Shown here in pieces: positions 9,806-23,755 of a stretch of DNA of 64,000 nt. The notes beneath the pieces were generated by a model. It did no database searches. It was not told the DNA's origin and saw nothing but the letters and a program-made list of their open reading frames with translations. Every line of letters begins with the position of its first letter. Positions within the stretch are counted from its first letter, which is position 1. The position numbers and the translations under genes were made by a program. Location: NCBI GenBank assembly GCA_964016885.1, contig OZ024740.1, positions 227,478,001 to 227,542,000 on the forward strand, given 5' to 3'. This DNA is from Eledone cirrhosa (Eukaryota).

Positions 9806-10625
9806 AAGGGCGTAGTAACGCTGATCATGAAAGACAAGAACAAGGGGACGAAATAAACAACTTCAGGCCCATAATTCTGCTCAACACAGAGTTAAAGATT
9901 TTGGCCAAGGTGCTAGCAACGAGGCTGCCGCTTGTCATCGAAAATCTGGTAGGGAAAGCGCAAACGTGTGCAATCCCGACCAGGTCCATACACGACAACC
10001 TCCACCTCATACGATACATCATAGAGAGGGTGGGGTGTAAACCCGGCTTCGGTGGGACTCTGATAAATTTAGATCAGTCTAAGGCATTCGATAGGGTCGA
10101 CCATCGATACTTGGAAGCGGTTCTCAAGGCGGCCGGTTTCGGTCCCGTTTTCAGAGGTTGGATCAAGGCGATGCACACCAGCATCTGCTCGAGGGTCAAG
10201 GTGAACGGCTACCTATCGGAGCCGTTCGCAATCACATGTTCCTTTCGACAGGGATGCCCCCTTTCCTCCATTCTGTACGTATTGACTCTAGAGCCACTAC
10301 TGCGGAAATTGGAGCTTTTGCAGGGCATCCCTCTAGAACCGGGACTGCATTGGCTTATGCCGACGACGTGACTGTAATGGTGTCGAAACCTCGGAAATCG
10401 AGGTAATCGGCAAGCTACTAGAAGAATACAAAAGGTTCACAGGAGCAAAACTAAGCCCAGACAAGTCTGTCGGTTTGCAACTCGGAACGTGGAGAAGCAA
10501 ACCGATGCCGTCCGACAGCGTCGTCGGACGCTGGACGGAAGGACCGGTGAAATTGCTCGGGATCTGGTTCGGTCCAAACCTCCAGGTGGAGAAAAACTGG
10601 AATGGGGTCATGGCCAAGGTATTTG
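9806..10625 (+). pseudogene. Tx1/L1-clade reverse transcriptase fragment, frameshifted
   Basis: NFRPIILLNTELKILAKVLATRL, LDQSKAFDRVDH, RQGCPLS; AYADDV in a shifted frame; VKLLGIWF. Confidence 0.85.
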
Positions 10626-10825
10626 CCCTAAACCAAACACCAGCCAATACTCATGATTCCTGCCAAACCAAACTGTACTCATTCTCCAAATTCAGAAAAA
10701 TCAAATGCACCCATCCTCCCAAACTTAGCTTATGCAACTGGATTGCAACAGCCACCTTATGTGGAAGACAGACATTATCAAGTTGCAGATGTCATACTAA
10801 GTAGTTTCTATATAATAAATATTAT

Positions 10826-11521
10826 TGGATTGGCAGTATCGGTAAAGGGTCGGACGCCATGCTTTGACGCATAGAGTTACGGTCCTTGCCATTCTGAGTT
10901 CAAATCCCGCCGAGGTTAACTTTGCCTTACATCCTTACGGGGTCGATAAAGTAAAGTACCAGTAATGCACTGGGTAATTGCTGGCCTTGTGCCAAAAGTA
11001 GAAACAATTATTATATACATTATTATATACATATATATGCCCCACACCCCCCACCACAAGGTGGTCGTGGAGGTGCCACGGCAAAAAAGCACCCAGCCCA
11101 CACTGTAAAGTGGACGTGTAGGCGCCACGAAAAAGCACTCAGCACTCACTGTAAATGAGGTTGGTGTTAGGAAGGGCATCCAGCTGTAGAAATCAAGCCA
11201 AATCAGTTCCTGTATGAGCAAGGCATGGTCAGCCGACCAGACAGTGCCCACAACAGGACAACTCGTCTAACCCATGCTAGCGTGGAAGAACGGACATAAA
11301 ACGGTGATGATGATGATGATGATGATTGGTGGTGGATTGGCAGTATTGGTAGAGGGTCGGACGCTATGCTTTGACGCATAGAGTTACGGTCCTTGCCATT
11401 CTGAGTTCGAATCCCGCCGAGGTTAACTTTGCCTTTCATCCTTACGGGGTCGATAAAATAAAGTACCAGTAATACACTGGGTAATTGCTGGCCTTGTGCC
11501 AAAAAGTAGAAACAATTATTA
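10826..11521 (+). mobile_element. Cluster: SINE-A (10826-11012), RTE-1 3' UTR-only copy (11035-11325), SINE-A (11330-11521)
   Basis: Direct similarity to the SINE-A consensus and to 3235-3519. Confidence 0.85.
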
Positions 11522-12199
11522 TATACATGATAGTCAGATGATAGAGCATTGGAATATGTGGTAAATCAAATGTAATAAAATGTGTAGAAAATTGGACTAA
11601 ACATGAACAGGAATGGATCATGGGTAAAATAGGATAATAGAGAAATGTAAAAAATACATGGGAACAGGACATACATACTGGTAGCAAACTGGCAGAATCT
11701 TTAGAATGTAGGACAAAATGTTTTGTCATATTTGTACCACTTCTCTTCCCTTTCAATTTGCATCCGACAGAGGTCAAATTAGCATTTTATTCTTTTGGTA
11801 CCAATCCCAATATGGTGAATTGTGGAAATGCTAGAAAATCAGCCAAGATACGTTGTAGTGTTTGTTCCAGCTTTTTGTATACTATGTTCAAATCTTATCA
11901 TGGCCTACTTGGAAGGTAGACTTAATTCATCACCTAGTTTAAGACAACCATTTGACTATTGAATGTCTTTAGCAGAGTTCACTCTGTTGCAACCATTTAA
12001 ACCAGGTTTCCTGTGTAAGGATACTTTCCTCCCATTTTCCCTCCAGTCTCAGGAGCCCTCGAAAATGTTATGGGCACTGCCCTTCCCTTCCTGACTGAAC
12101 AATCCATAGATTTAAAAACTCATTATTGTCAAAACTGGTACAGGTCCATTCTTGGCGAGGGTGGTTGTAAATGTCATTACTGCTGCCTTTACACTAGAC

Positions 12200-12494
12200 C
12201 AGGTGTTCCCTACCTTTTATGTGTCATCACCCACTTTCACAGGGAAAAATCTTCTACTGCCCACCAGTCTAGTAAATATTAAAAGCTTGTTCCTGGTTTG
12301 TAAACTGACTTTTTATGATGTAGTAAAAATTACTGAAGAGTAGCTTTTGTTGAAATACCTTTGTAATACTCAAAATCCTATAACGCCCACCAACATTTTC
12401 AAATGCCCACCATCACCTATTCAGTTGCTCATCACCCACTCAATAGTTGAAATAGCCCACCAGTGGGCAATATCGCCCAGGGTGAAGAACTCTG
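12200..12494. mobile_element. Degenerate hAT (Charlie-like) MITE
   Basis: Ends CAGGTGTTCCCTACC / GGTGAAGAACTCTG; 8-bp flanks CACTAGAC / TTTTAGAC. Confidence 0.5.
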
Positions 12495-12937
12495 TTTTAG
12501 ACTAAGCCATAGAGAAACAAACAAAAATTTGAGAAGTCTCTATATACTCACTTGATCTGCTAGAAATAACAGACAAATCTCCATTAAATCACTCCCTGCT
12601 GCTTTTAATAAAGACAGTCACATTAAACAATGTAGTCTTATATACTTCTAAAAAAATGAGATGTTCTCAGCTAGAATAACTTTGATCACAAGTCTGCTCA
12701 ATTCAGGCTGACCTAGGGCTAAACAATAATAACAATAACAACAACACACATATATACATGTATATTTATATACATGTATATTTATATACATGTATATTTA
12801 TAACTCTGCATTTCATATTGAGTACTCTATTTTCTCCTTGTTTGTAGTTATTCCTTGTTTGTTATAAAACACTCACACACATATGTATTACACACATGTA
12901 TGCATGTTTGCATGTTTGCTTGTATACATGCATACAT

Positions 12938-13490
12938 GATGGCTGAAACTCGATTTTGAGTAATGCCATCACCTGATACTTAACCATGAGCATCACAGAT
13001 ATACAATGCATTGCAAAAATTGTCACATATCAAACGATGCCTGTGCTTGAAGCTTTTTTAAGTGAGGAAAGGCTTTGCACAGAGCCAATCCCAGTCTCTC
13101 AACATCGAACGCATTTACCCAAAAAGTAGAACTGGCCTACATCAATAGTCATTGGATGCACACCCAGTCACAGTTTTCTATTAGAGTGACCTTCTCCTAG
13201 AGAGATATATTGTTTCTACTTTAGGCACAAGGCCAGCAATTACCCAGTGCATTACTGGTACTTTATTTTATCGATCCTGTAAGGATGAAAGGCAAAGTCA
13301 ACCTCGGCGGGATTTGAACTCAGATCGTAAAGGGACGTAACTATGCTGGAAAGCATGGCATCCGACCCTCTACCAATACTGGCAATCCACCGCCCTAGAG
13401 AGATATATTAATGCCAGTTTAGTCACCAACAACCTGACAGGTTGTACTGGGTTACATGTTACAAGTAGTGCTGAAGAGTGACCTGACACA
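12938..13490 (-). mobile_element. Non-autonomous retroposon (family X), interrupted by SINE-A
   Basis: Reverse complement aligns with 53998-54512. Confidence 0.65.
13212..13393 (-). mobile_element. Full-length SINE-A with 16-bp target-site duplication
   Basis: TSD CCTAGAGAGATATATT at 13196-13211 and 13394-13409. Confidence 0.9.
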
Positions 13491-13527
13491 TACATACATA
13501 CAAACATTCATACATACATACATACAT

Positions 13528-13938
13528 GGTGGCTGCCAACTCGTTTTCGAGTACGGCCACTACTTTATATCCATGTAGGAGAACCCCTACCGATGCGCTG
13601 AACGAGTGTGACTTTTTAGTCCAGCCTGCGACATGAAAACTCTAGTACAAACACTACACTTGTGACAATTATTGACACATAGTGCTGGGCCCATGGTACC
13701 ATGTGATGACAAGTGCAGAGAGATCTCCAGATATAAAGTAATGCCTGTGCCGTGAAGCTTTTATAGTGAGCAAAGGCACTGCACAAAACCAGTCCCACTC
13801 TCTTAACCAAGATGATATTTACCAAAAAGAAGAACAAGTCAACATCATTGGATACCATCAGGGTTGCAGGTGTTATATCAGAGTTTTCCTTCTCCTAGAA
13901 TTCTGCCTTGACAAAGGCTAAGGGGTCATCTCTCCCGG
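13528..13938 (-). mobile_element. Retroposon 3' portion (family Y) with a (TGTA)n tail
   Basis: Near-identical to 17768-18140; bounded by (TACA)n on the + strand. Confidence 0.7.
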
Positions 13939-14774
13939 CATACATACATACACACATACATACATACATACATACATACATACATACATACAAATGTGTA
14001 TATGTGAGTTTGTGTGTGTATGTATATTTTATTTCTATTATTTATATGTTTGTATGTATTTATGTGTATGTTTGTATGTATCTATGTATGTATATATATA
14101 TATGTCTGTATGTATGTATTTATGTATGTATATATGTATGTGTGTGTGTATGTAAGTAAGTATATGTGTATATATGTATGTAGGTATTACAATTTTATGT
14201 ACATATCAATATATATAACATGTATATATGCAAGTATATTAACATGTGTCTATGAATTTATATGAGATTATGTATAAGAATGTATCTGTGAATTCATTTA
14301 TTCATTTCTGTTCTAGTGTAGAAATGTCCTATATAGTTCAACACATGAGAGCCATGGTTACATATATTATGATGCATATCATTTACTGTCTGAGTATGAA
14401 TCTGATGTAGATAAGGCAATATTTAAATTGGTGGTTGGAGATCTACTGATTGGTGACAACATCTCTCCTTAATATATAAGTGTCATGTTACATATACCTA
14501 TTATAGATTTTTATATGTTAAAACTGTAGCTTTGCTTGTGTAAATTCTTCTCTAATGAGTAGAATTATAGCCATGTCTGTTGTGTGAATGCATGTATGTT
14601 TGCATATTTCATAAACATGTAATTGTGGGAAGAGAGAGAGGAGATGACAAAGACAGAGAAATATAGCGAGAGAAGAGAGGATTTAAAAAGCAGGATACCT
14701 AAAGCTTTCATAAACCTAACTGCATAAACCTTTAAGTACAAAACATACATAAGCACAAAATATACATATATGCA

Positions 14775-15305
14775 TGCATACATACATACATACATACATA
14801 CATGCACAGATACATAACTGCATACAAGCTCACATACATACATACATACATACACAGATACATAACTGCATACAAGCTCACATACATACATACATGCACA
14901 GATACATAACTGCATACAAGCTCACATACATACATACATACATACATACATACATACATACATACATACATACATACATACATACATACATACATACATA
15001 CACAGATACATAACTGAATACAAGCTCATATACATACATACATACATACATACATACATACATACATACATACATACATACATACATACATACATACACA
15101 GATACATAACTGCATACAAGCTCACATACATACATACACAGATACATAACTGCATACAAGCTCATATACATACATACACAGATACATAACTGCGTACGAG
15201 CTCATATACATACATACATAACTGCATACAAGCTCACATACATACATAATTGCATACAAGCTCACATACATACATACATGCACAGTTACATAACTGCATA
15301 CAAGC

Positions 15306-15336
<31 letters not shown>

Positions 15337-15380
15337 CATACATACATACATACATACATACATACATACATACATACATA
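14775..15380 (+). repeat. (TACA)n-based minisatellite
   Basis: Unit CACAGATACATAACTGCATACAAGCTCA(CATA)n, about 11 copies; one more unit at 17724-17767. Confidence 0.95.
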
Positions 15381-17723
15381 ATAATACAGCTCTACAGAAA
15401 ATGTCGAATAGGAAATCGCCAGGCCCAGACCTCATTACAGGATACTGGTTGAAGAATTTCACTTTCTATCAGCAAGATCTCATACGGCTGTTTACAGAAA
15501 CCATTAAGGGCACACAAGAACTGCCCAGATGGTTATCAACTGCCTCTACTCTCCTCATTCCCAAAAATAGCCAAACCACCCTTGCTAAAAATTACCGCCC
15601 AATTGCCTGCCAAAACATCATGTATAAATTATATACTGGGTGCCTTAACCTGTTCTTACAGGATCACTGTGCTACCAACAACATCATAACACCTGAGCAA
15701 GCTGGTGGAAAGAGGGAGGTGTGGGGTTGCATAGATCACCTACTAACTAACAAAATGATTCAGGAAAAAACAACAAAGAATCGCAGAAACATGACTGTCG
15801 TGCGGCTGGACTATCAAAAAGCATTTGATAGTGTACCTCATGGGTGGATTGTTAAGGCTTTACAGTTAGCTAAAGTCCCACAACCATTGGTAGCTGCTGT
15901 TGAATGCCTGACCAAGAACTGGTACACCAGTTTGATCCTTAGAGGTGAGAAGGAGCAGGTTAAGACTGATAAGATACATTACCAGAAGGGCATCTTTCAG
16001 GGTGATAGCTTGTCAGTGCTACTCTTCGTTCTCTCACTGAATCCACTATCTTACCTACTCAGGAAACAAGGTCGACAAAGAAGTGGGACCAGAAGTATCT
16101 CCCATCTTTTCTTTGTTGATGACCTGAAGTTGTATGGGCCAAATATCAATGACATCAAGAAACAATTGGACCTCATTACACAATTTTCAACCGACATCAA
16201 AATGAAATTTGGTGAGTCCAAGTGTGCATATTTGGCAGTAAAACGTGGAAGAGCTGTGCCCTCCTCTAGAAATCTAGAGATGAACGGCCTGACAATACAA
16301 CCTCTGCAGTCAGGTGACAACTACAGATATCTTGGACAGGATGAGAATGTCAGATATGATGGACCCATAAATAAAGAGAGAACCAGAACTGAATACCTCA
16401 GAAGAGTAAAGAAAATATGGTCATCAGAACTGTCAGCATACAACAAATACATTGCCCACAATACTTATGCTGTGCCAATTCTAACGCCAACATTTGGCCT
16501 ACTGAACTGGTCATTGCAAGAACTAAGTGAGATGGATGTTAGAACTCGAAAACTTCTCAGTGTTACTGGGAACTTTAACATCAATAGTGATGTGGATAGG
16601 CTATACTTCTCACGCAAGGAAGGTGGCCGGGGTCTAAAATCAATATTAACAACATATGAGACCCGGATAGTGACACTGAAGCAACACCTTCAACAGAGGA
16701 AAAAGGTTGGCAACCATCTTGCCCAGGTTTATGACCATGAAAAAAGAAATATCATTAGAATAGCGACTGATCTGGAGGAGAGATATGGAATAAAGCCCAA
16801 TATAAATCTCTCACCCAGAGAAATCGGAAGATCCTATTCAATGTTCAAACAAGAAAAAAAAATTGACCAATTTACAGAAAAAGTTGTGCATGGATACTTG
16901 AGGCGTAAAACACAGACCATAGAGGGGATAAACCACTCAAAAAGCCTGGCATGGAGTTCCGACAAGTTTATGACATCACACCTTGAGGGATATCTCTATG
17001 CAATACAGGAACAAGAACTCCCTACCAAATATCTGCTGCACAAAAGAGGAGGGCCAGCAGCTGACAATAAATGTAGGCTATGTAAAACAAAGATCGAGGA
17101 TGTAAGCCACATTGTTGCCAGCTGCGAAAGAATGTCATCTCGCTACTACCTCCCCATGAGACACGATGGGATAGCTAGAACCATCTGGAACGCACTTCGG
17201 AAAACAAAATCAACAACAAACGAGGAAGAATATATTGAGACAGATGGCACTAAGGAATACTGGTGGAACCTGAAAATAAAAACTGCCACCAAATTAAAGC
17301 ACAACCGGCCTGATATTGTAGTTTGGGACCACACATTGAAAACGTGTTCTGTTGTGGAGATCAGCTGCCCACTTGATGTAAACGTTGTCAGAAAAATACA
17401 GGAGAAGGAGGACATCTACGGACCATTGATGAGGAGTTTACAAATCCAGTATCCAAGATACACCTTTAGCTTCATACCCATCATTATTGGTGCTACGGGT
17501 TATATACCAACCCGCTTGGACCAAAGTATGACTGAACTTGGATTTGCGGACAAAAAGCGCAGCTCCCTAATTCATAGTCTACAAATGGCTGCGATAGCTG
17601 GCACCTTCAAAATTTGCAAAACATTCTTGCGATTCAAGGGATGACAATTTCTTTTCTTTTACAACCTTGCCACCAGGAAGGTGGCCGGTCAAAAAATATA
17701 CTCAAAATTAAGAGAAAGAGAAA
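15381..17723 (+). mobile_element. R4/Dong-clade RLE non-LTR retrotransposon; 5'-truncated but open from the RT to the stop at 17644
   Basis: KSPGPD, NYRPIAC, DYQKAFDSVPH, IFQGDSLS, FFVDDLK, RKEGGRGL, CRLC...HIVASC knuckle, RHD, RPDIVVWD...EISCP (PD-(D/E)xK-like RLE). Confidence 0.9.
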
Positions 17724-17767
17724 ACATACATACATACACAGATACATAACTGAATACAAGCTCACAT

Positions 17768-18140
17768 GGTGGCTGCCAACTCGTTTTCAAGTACGGCCAC
17801 TATTTTATATCCATGTAGGAGAACCCCTACCGATGCACTGAACGAGTGTGACTTTTTAGTCCAGCCAGCGACTTGAAAACTCTGGTACAAACACTACACT
17901 TGTGACAATTATTGACACATAGTGCTGGGCCCATGGTACCATGTGACGAGGTGCAGAGAGATCTCCAGATATAAAGTAATGCCTGTGCAATGAAGATTTT
18001 ATAGTGAGCAAAGGCACTGCACAAAGCCAGTCACACTCTCTTAACCAAGATGATATTTACCAAAAAGAAGAACAAGTCAACATCATTGGATACCATCAGG
18101 GTTGCAGGTGTTATATCAGAGTTTTCCTTCTCCTAGAATT
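17768..18140 (-). mobile_element. Family Y copy with a C2H2 zinc-finger remnant
   Basis: Minus frame CSVCTRVFKSLAGLKSHTRSVH; matches 13528-13900. Confidence 0.7.
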
Positions 18141-18210
18141 CATACATACATACATACATACATACATACATACATACATACATACATACATACATACATA
18201 CATACATACA

Positions 18211-18685
18211 TTAGTGAGATTAGTGAAAAGGAGAATATTTATGCAGAACTGATGAGAAATCTGCAGATACTCCACCCTGATTACACCTTCAGATTTTTGC
18301 CTGTGATTATTTGGGCACTGGGATATGTTAGTAACTGCCTCAATACAAATCTTGAGAAGCTAGGCTTCACAGGAACAGAAAGAACACAACTAGTTAGGAA
18401 ATTACAAGTACAATCCATTAATAGAACAGTAAAACATTCCAAAAATTTTGCATCTAATAACTGCATATACACATGTACAGATACAAAGCATATACACATG
18501 CACACATACAACTCAAAACATCCACATCCACACATACAATAACATCCATATCTACACATGCATGCATACATACATATCTACCTAGTTGATGTTGTGTAAA
18601 TTCCAATGAGAGAGTCTTGTGTCTATGTTAGAAACCGACTCTCTCTCTATTGGTAAAAATTTGTGAAAGTATATAACCAGAAGAA
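18211..18685 (+). mobile_element. 3' fragment of a second R4/Dong family (Dong-B)
   Basis: ISEKENIYAELMRNLQILHPDY...; nearly identical to 20215-20687; (TACA)n on both sides. Confidence 0.9.
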
Positions 18686-18760
18686 CATACATACATAGAG
18701 ACATACAAACATACATACATACACACATACATGAATACATACATACCAACATACATACAT

Positions 18761-20687
18761 AATATTTCAGGGGGAAAGTCTCTCTGTGATATTATTCATC
18801 TTGTCATTAAACACCTTGTCCTTTCTGCTCAAGAAATGTGAGGGATACATCATTGGCTCACAGGAGGACAGAAATACAAAGCTAACCCATAATTTCTTTG
18901 TGGACGATCTGAAACTCTATGCCAAGAACATGGATGGGATGAAGAAAAATCTTGACCTGGTTACAACGTTCTCAAAGGATATAGGAATGGAGTTTGGCCA
19001 AGATAAATGCTCATACATGACTGTAAAGCGGGGGAAAAACAACCCAATCTAGCAACATTGTCATCAATGGTCTAACTGTTTCACCGATATCTGATGAGGA
19101 CTGCTACAGATACCTGGGGATAGATGAGAACATATCCTATAATGGTATCTGTAATAAGGAACACGTAACCAGGGAATACAACACCCGATTAAGAAAGATT
19201 TGGTCATCAGAACTCTCTGCACAAAACAAAACAGTGGCTCACAATGTGTTTGCTGTGCTTGTCCTAACACCAACGTTTGGAATACTCAATTGGACGATAG
19301 ACGAAATCCGAGCGGTTGATGTTGGAACTCGAAAAATACTAAACAACACCGGAAACTTCCACATCAACAGTGACATAGACCCCCTTTACTTGAAACGTAA
19401 GCAGGGAGGCAGAGGCCTAACATCAGTCCAGACAGCATTTGAATGTCGCATCATATCTCTCCAACAACATCTACGAACCTCGAAGCATAGGAGCCCGTCT
19501 CTCGAGCAAGTCTATCTGCATAAAACAGATAAGATCATGAGAGTTGGGAATGAACTCCTTGAGAGATATTCCCTGTGTGATAATCAAAAACTCACACCCA
19601 GAGAAGTCTCTCAGCAGTATTGCAGTGAATCCATGGATGAAAAACTGCATGCTTATCAGCAAAAAATCATGCATGGATATGTTGCCAGGAAGCTTCAGAG
19701 TGAGACTAATATAGATAAGGAAAGTAGTCTATCTTTGACCAACAACCGCTATATTGGCTCCCACTTTGAAGGATACACTTTTGCAATCCAAGAACAGGAG
19801 ATTAACACGAAATACCTGATTCACAAAAGATATAGGGATGCAGGCAAAATACCTAGATGTGATAACAAGTGCAGACTCTGCGAGACTAACATTGAGGATA
19901 TCATCCATATCATCAGCAGTTGTCCAAAGATGTCATCGCGGTACTATCTACCTATGAGGCATGATGTAGTGGCCAAAACACTGTACAATGTAATCTGTAG
20001 AAAAGATAGCCCCGATAATAAACACATTAAAAGCTACAGCAATGTGGAAGACATACATATAAATAATATGAAAGAGTACTGGTGGAACGTTCCAGTAAAA
20101 ACCCCAATAAAATGCAGGCATAACAGACCAGATATAATGATATGGGACAGGGAAAAGAAGGCATGCACAGTAGTGGAAGTTAGCTGCCCAGCAGATGCCA
20201 ATATAATATCAAAGATTAGCGAAAAGGAGAATATTTATGCAGAACTGATGAGAAATCTGCAGATAGTCCACCCTGATTACACCTTCAGATTTATGCCTGT
20301 GATTATTGGGGCACGGGGGTATGTTAGTAACTACTTCAATACTAATCTTGAGAAGCTAGGCTTCACAGGAACAGAAAGAACACAACTAGTTAAGAAACTA
20401 TAAGTACAATCCATTAATGGAACAGTAAAAATATGTAAAACATTCCAAAAATTTTGCATCTAATAACTGCATATATACACATATACAGATACAAAGCATA
20501 TACACATGCACACATACAAATCAAAACATACACATCCACACATACAATAACATCCATATCTACACATGCATGCATACATACATAATCTACCTAGTTGATG
20601 TGTAAATTCCAATGAGAGGGTCTTGTGTCTGTTAGAAACCGACTCTCTCTCTATTGGTAAAACTTTGTGAAATTATAAAACCAGAAC
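18761..20687 (+). pseudogene. 5'-truncated, frameshifted Dong-B element
   Basis: FFVDDLK, RKQGGRGL, CRLC...HIISSC, RHD, RPDIMIWD...EVSCP spread across shifted frames. Confidence 0.9.
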
Positions 20688-20984
20688 ATACATACATCAA
20701 TACATACAAACATGCATACATACATTCAAACATACATACATACATACATACATACATACATACATACATACATACATACATACATGAATACATACAAACA
20801 TACATATATATACATACATGAATACATCCAAACATACATACATACATACATACATACACACACATACAAACATACATACATAAATACACACATACATACA
20901 TACAAACATACATACATATATACATACATACATACATACATGATGGCTACCCCTTCGTTATTGAGTATGGCCATTGCATGAGAA

Positions 20985-21034
<50 letters not shown>

Positions 21035-23029
21035 TATTAATAACAATAATAATAATAATAACAACAATAATAATAACGACAACAACAACAATAATAATAT
21101 ACATATATACGCACACACATAAACATATCTATACACACACACAGACGATAGCAACTAACAGCGCTGCGATCGAATGTGGCTTTTTCAGTCTCTCATATTT
21201 TTGGTACAAAAACTTAAAACCACACACACATACAAGCATACCCTACACATATACAACCATATATATACATGCTCATACACAGATGTACAGATATAGTCAC
21301 ACATATATATATATAGTTATACACATACACACATATATACAAACATATATGCATGCATACATACATACATACATACATACATACATACATACATACATAC
21401 ATACATACATACATACATACATACATACATACATACATACAGAAAACATACATACATACATATGCACAAATACATAGACACATAAACACACAGTGTTTCT
21501 TCAAGACAATATAATTAGTATCAGAACTACCGTAATCCTTAAATATTAGTCATTGTATAGATAAAATATGCCCACTATTTTAAAACATGACTGTTAGACA
21601 TTGTCAGAATAAACTCCAGTATATAATTATGTTCTGCCAGTCATGAATATTCATGTAAAAAACACACATATGTATATATGTTTAGTTAATTTATTCATTA
21701 GCTAGACTTAGATGCTGGACCAAAGTATTAAGAAATTCAGAACATTTATGGAAATTTCTTTAGAATCAATCATTATACATGATACATTTATTTAACTATT
21801 GAAAATTTAATTTATTCACGATTATTCCATATTTGAAATTATTATGTGAAAGCACATGGCTTAGTGGTTAGGGTGTTCAGCTAACAATTGTAAGATCAAT
21901 AGTTCAATTCATGAGAATATATTGTTCCCATGTGCCAGACATTTTATTTCACATTGCTCCAGTTCTCTTAGCTGGAAAAATGAATTGTGTCTTCAACTAG
22001 TTTACAGAGTGTAGTGGGTGCAGTTTATCATGATACTTGCACTACCAGTTTACAGAATTCATTGGGTGCAGTTTATCCCGGTACCTTCATGACCAATTTA
22101 CAGTGTTCACTAGGTGTATTTTATCATGGTACCTGCATGACCTGTTTACAGAGTGTAACAAGTGCATTTTATTGTGGGATCAGCACTACAGAGATTGCCA
22201 TATACTCAACAAGACTAAAGAGTCCTCTCTAGCCTGTATTGTATCTCTTTGATTACCAGCCACATTACATAGTGTACAGGGTGCACTATAACATAGCACC
22301 AACTCTAAAGAGGTTGACAAGTCCTTGACAAGACCAAAGGGCCTGCTCTATTCTAATTTGTCTCAGTTTGTTTGTCCACCATTTTACAGAGAGTACTGAG
22401 TATATTCCATACTGTTGATTTGCTGCTACTGTCTCAGTTTGTTGTTGTTTGCCTGATTGAAATCAGAGATCAGAGATGAGAGATCAGTTTCCAGGCCCCA
22501 CTACAATGAGGTCAGCAAACTTGATGTCACACCACAGCTTTTATCATCACACAGCAAAGGTGCAAGATTCAGATTTCAACATGCCTCAGAGATGGAGAGC
22601 TAGCTGGCAACAGACATACCAACTCACCCAACTGAATATCAGCCTCGCCACTAAATGTTAATTTCTCTTTTGAGGGGAGTGGATATCCTTGAATTGGCAA
22701 TGCACACAGGTGTTGGCCAATTCAATGCAGCTATGCACCACTGGCAGTAGATTGCCTGTGTGGCTCACCATAGCAGACTGAACATATACTAAGTGAGTGA
22801 CTGGAATATGGACCTCACACACCCTAATCCTATGACTGTGAGCTGCTTACAGTGCCTGGGGGGACATCATATAATTGCACGTATCTTATATGCAAAAAGG
22901 AGAATGTTCTATTGTGATGCCAATACTAAGAAGATGTCTCGCCCACAGAACACTAAAAGGGACCGATACTCTACCCTTAAAATTTACCTTGTGTCAATAT
23001 AAGAAATCATTATTTAGTGTCACAAAGTT

Positions 23030-23755
23030 TGGCAGTATCAGTAGAGCAGTGGACACTATACTTTGCAGAGTTCAAATCCTGCTGAGGTTAGCTTTGTCTT
23101 TTATCCTTATGGGGTCGATAAAATAAAACACCAGTAATGCACTGGGGTTAAGTTAATCGACTTTCCCCTCTCCCAAAATTGTTGACCTTGTGCCTAAATC
23201 AAAACCCATAATTATCGTTATTATAAGGGCAGTGGGTTGGCAGTATCATCAGAGCAATGGACAAAGAGCTTCAACTTATAGTTATGGATCCTTCATTCTG
23301 AGTTCAAATCCTACCAAGGTCAACTTTACCTTTCATCCTTCTGAGGTCGATTTAATTGACTTTTCTCTCTCCAAAAATTGTTGACCTTGTGCCTAAATCA
23401 GAAACCGTTATTCAATGCCACAAAAAGTAGTCAAAATAGAAAAAGTCTGAAAGATAGCCATTTGTTTCAATATTGAGTATTCCATTTGTTAAGTTAAGAT
23501 AAGTACCATGCACTGGATTCAATTTAACAATAATAATAATGATTTCTAGTATAAGCACAAGGCCAGTAATTTGGGGAAGGGGAAAGTCGATTAAATTGAC
23601 CCCAGTGCGGGACTGGTACTTTATTTTATCGACCCTGTAAGGATCAAAGGCAAAATTAACCTCGGCAGGATTTGAACTCAGATCATTAAGGGTCGTAACT
23701 CTATGCTGCAAAGCATGGTGTTCGGCCCTCTACCGATACTGCCAATCCACCACCC
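23030..23755. mobile_element. Three SINE-A-related copies (two on +, one on -)
   Basis: GAGTTCAAATCC B-box, CCTTTCATCCTT core and TGACCTTGTGCCTAAAT tail. Confidence 0.75.

Noticed and set aside
14775-15380. Regularly spaced repeats resembling a CRISPR array
   Set aside because: The spacers are just (CATA)n, the context is eukaryotic, and there are no cas genes.
15278-15380. N-terminal 35 aa of the 788-aa ORF
   Set aside because: Microsatellite read-through; the element is 5'-truncated at about 15381.
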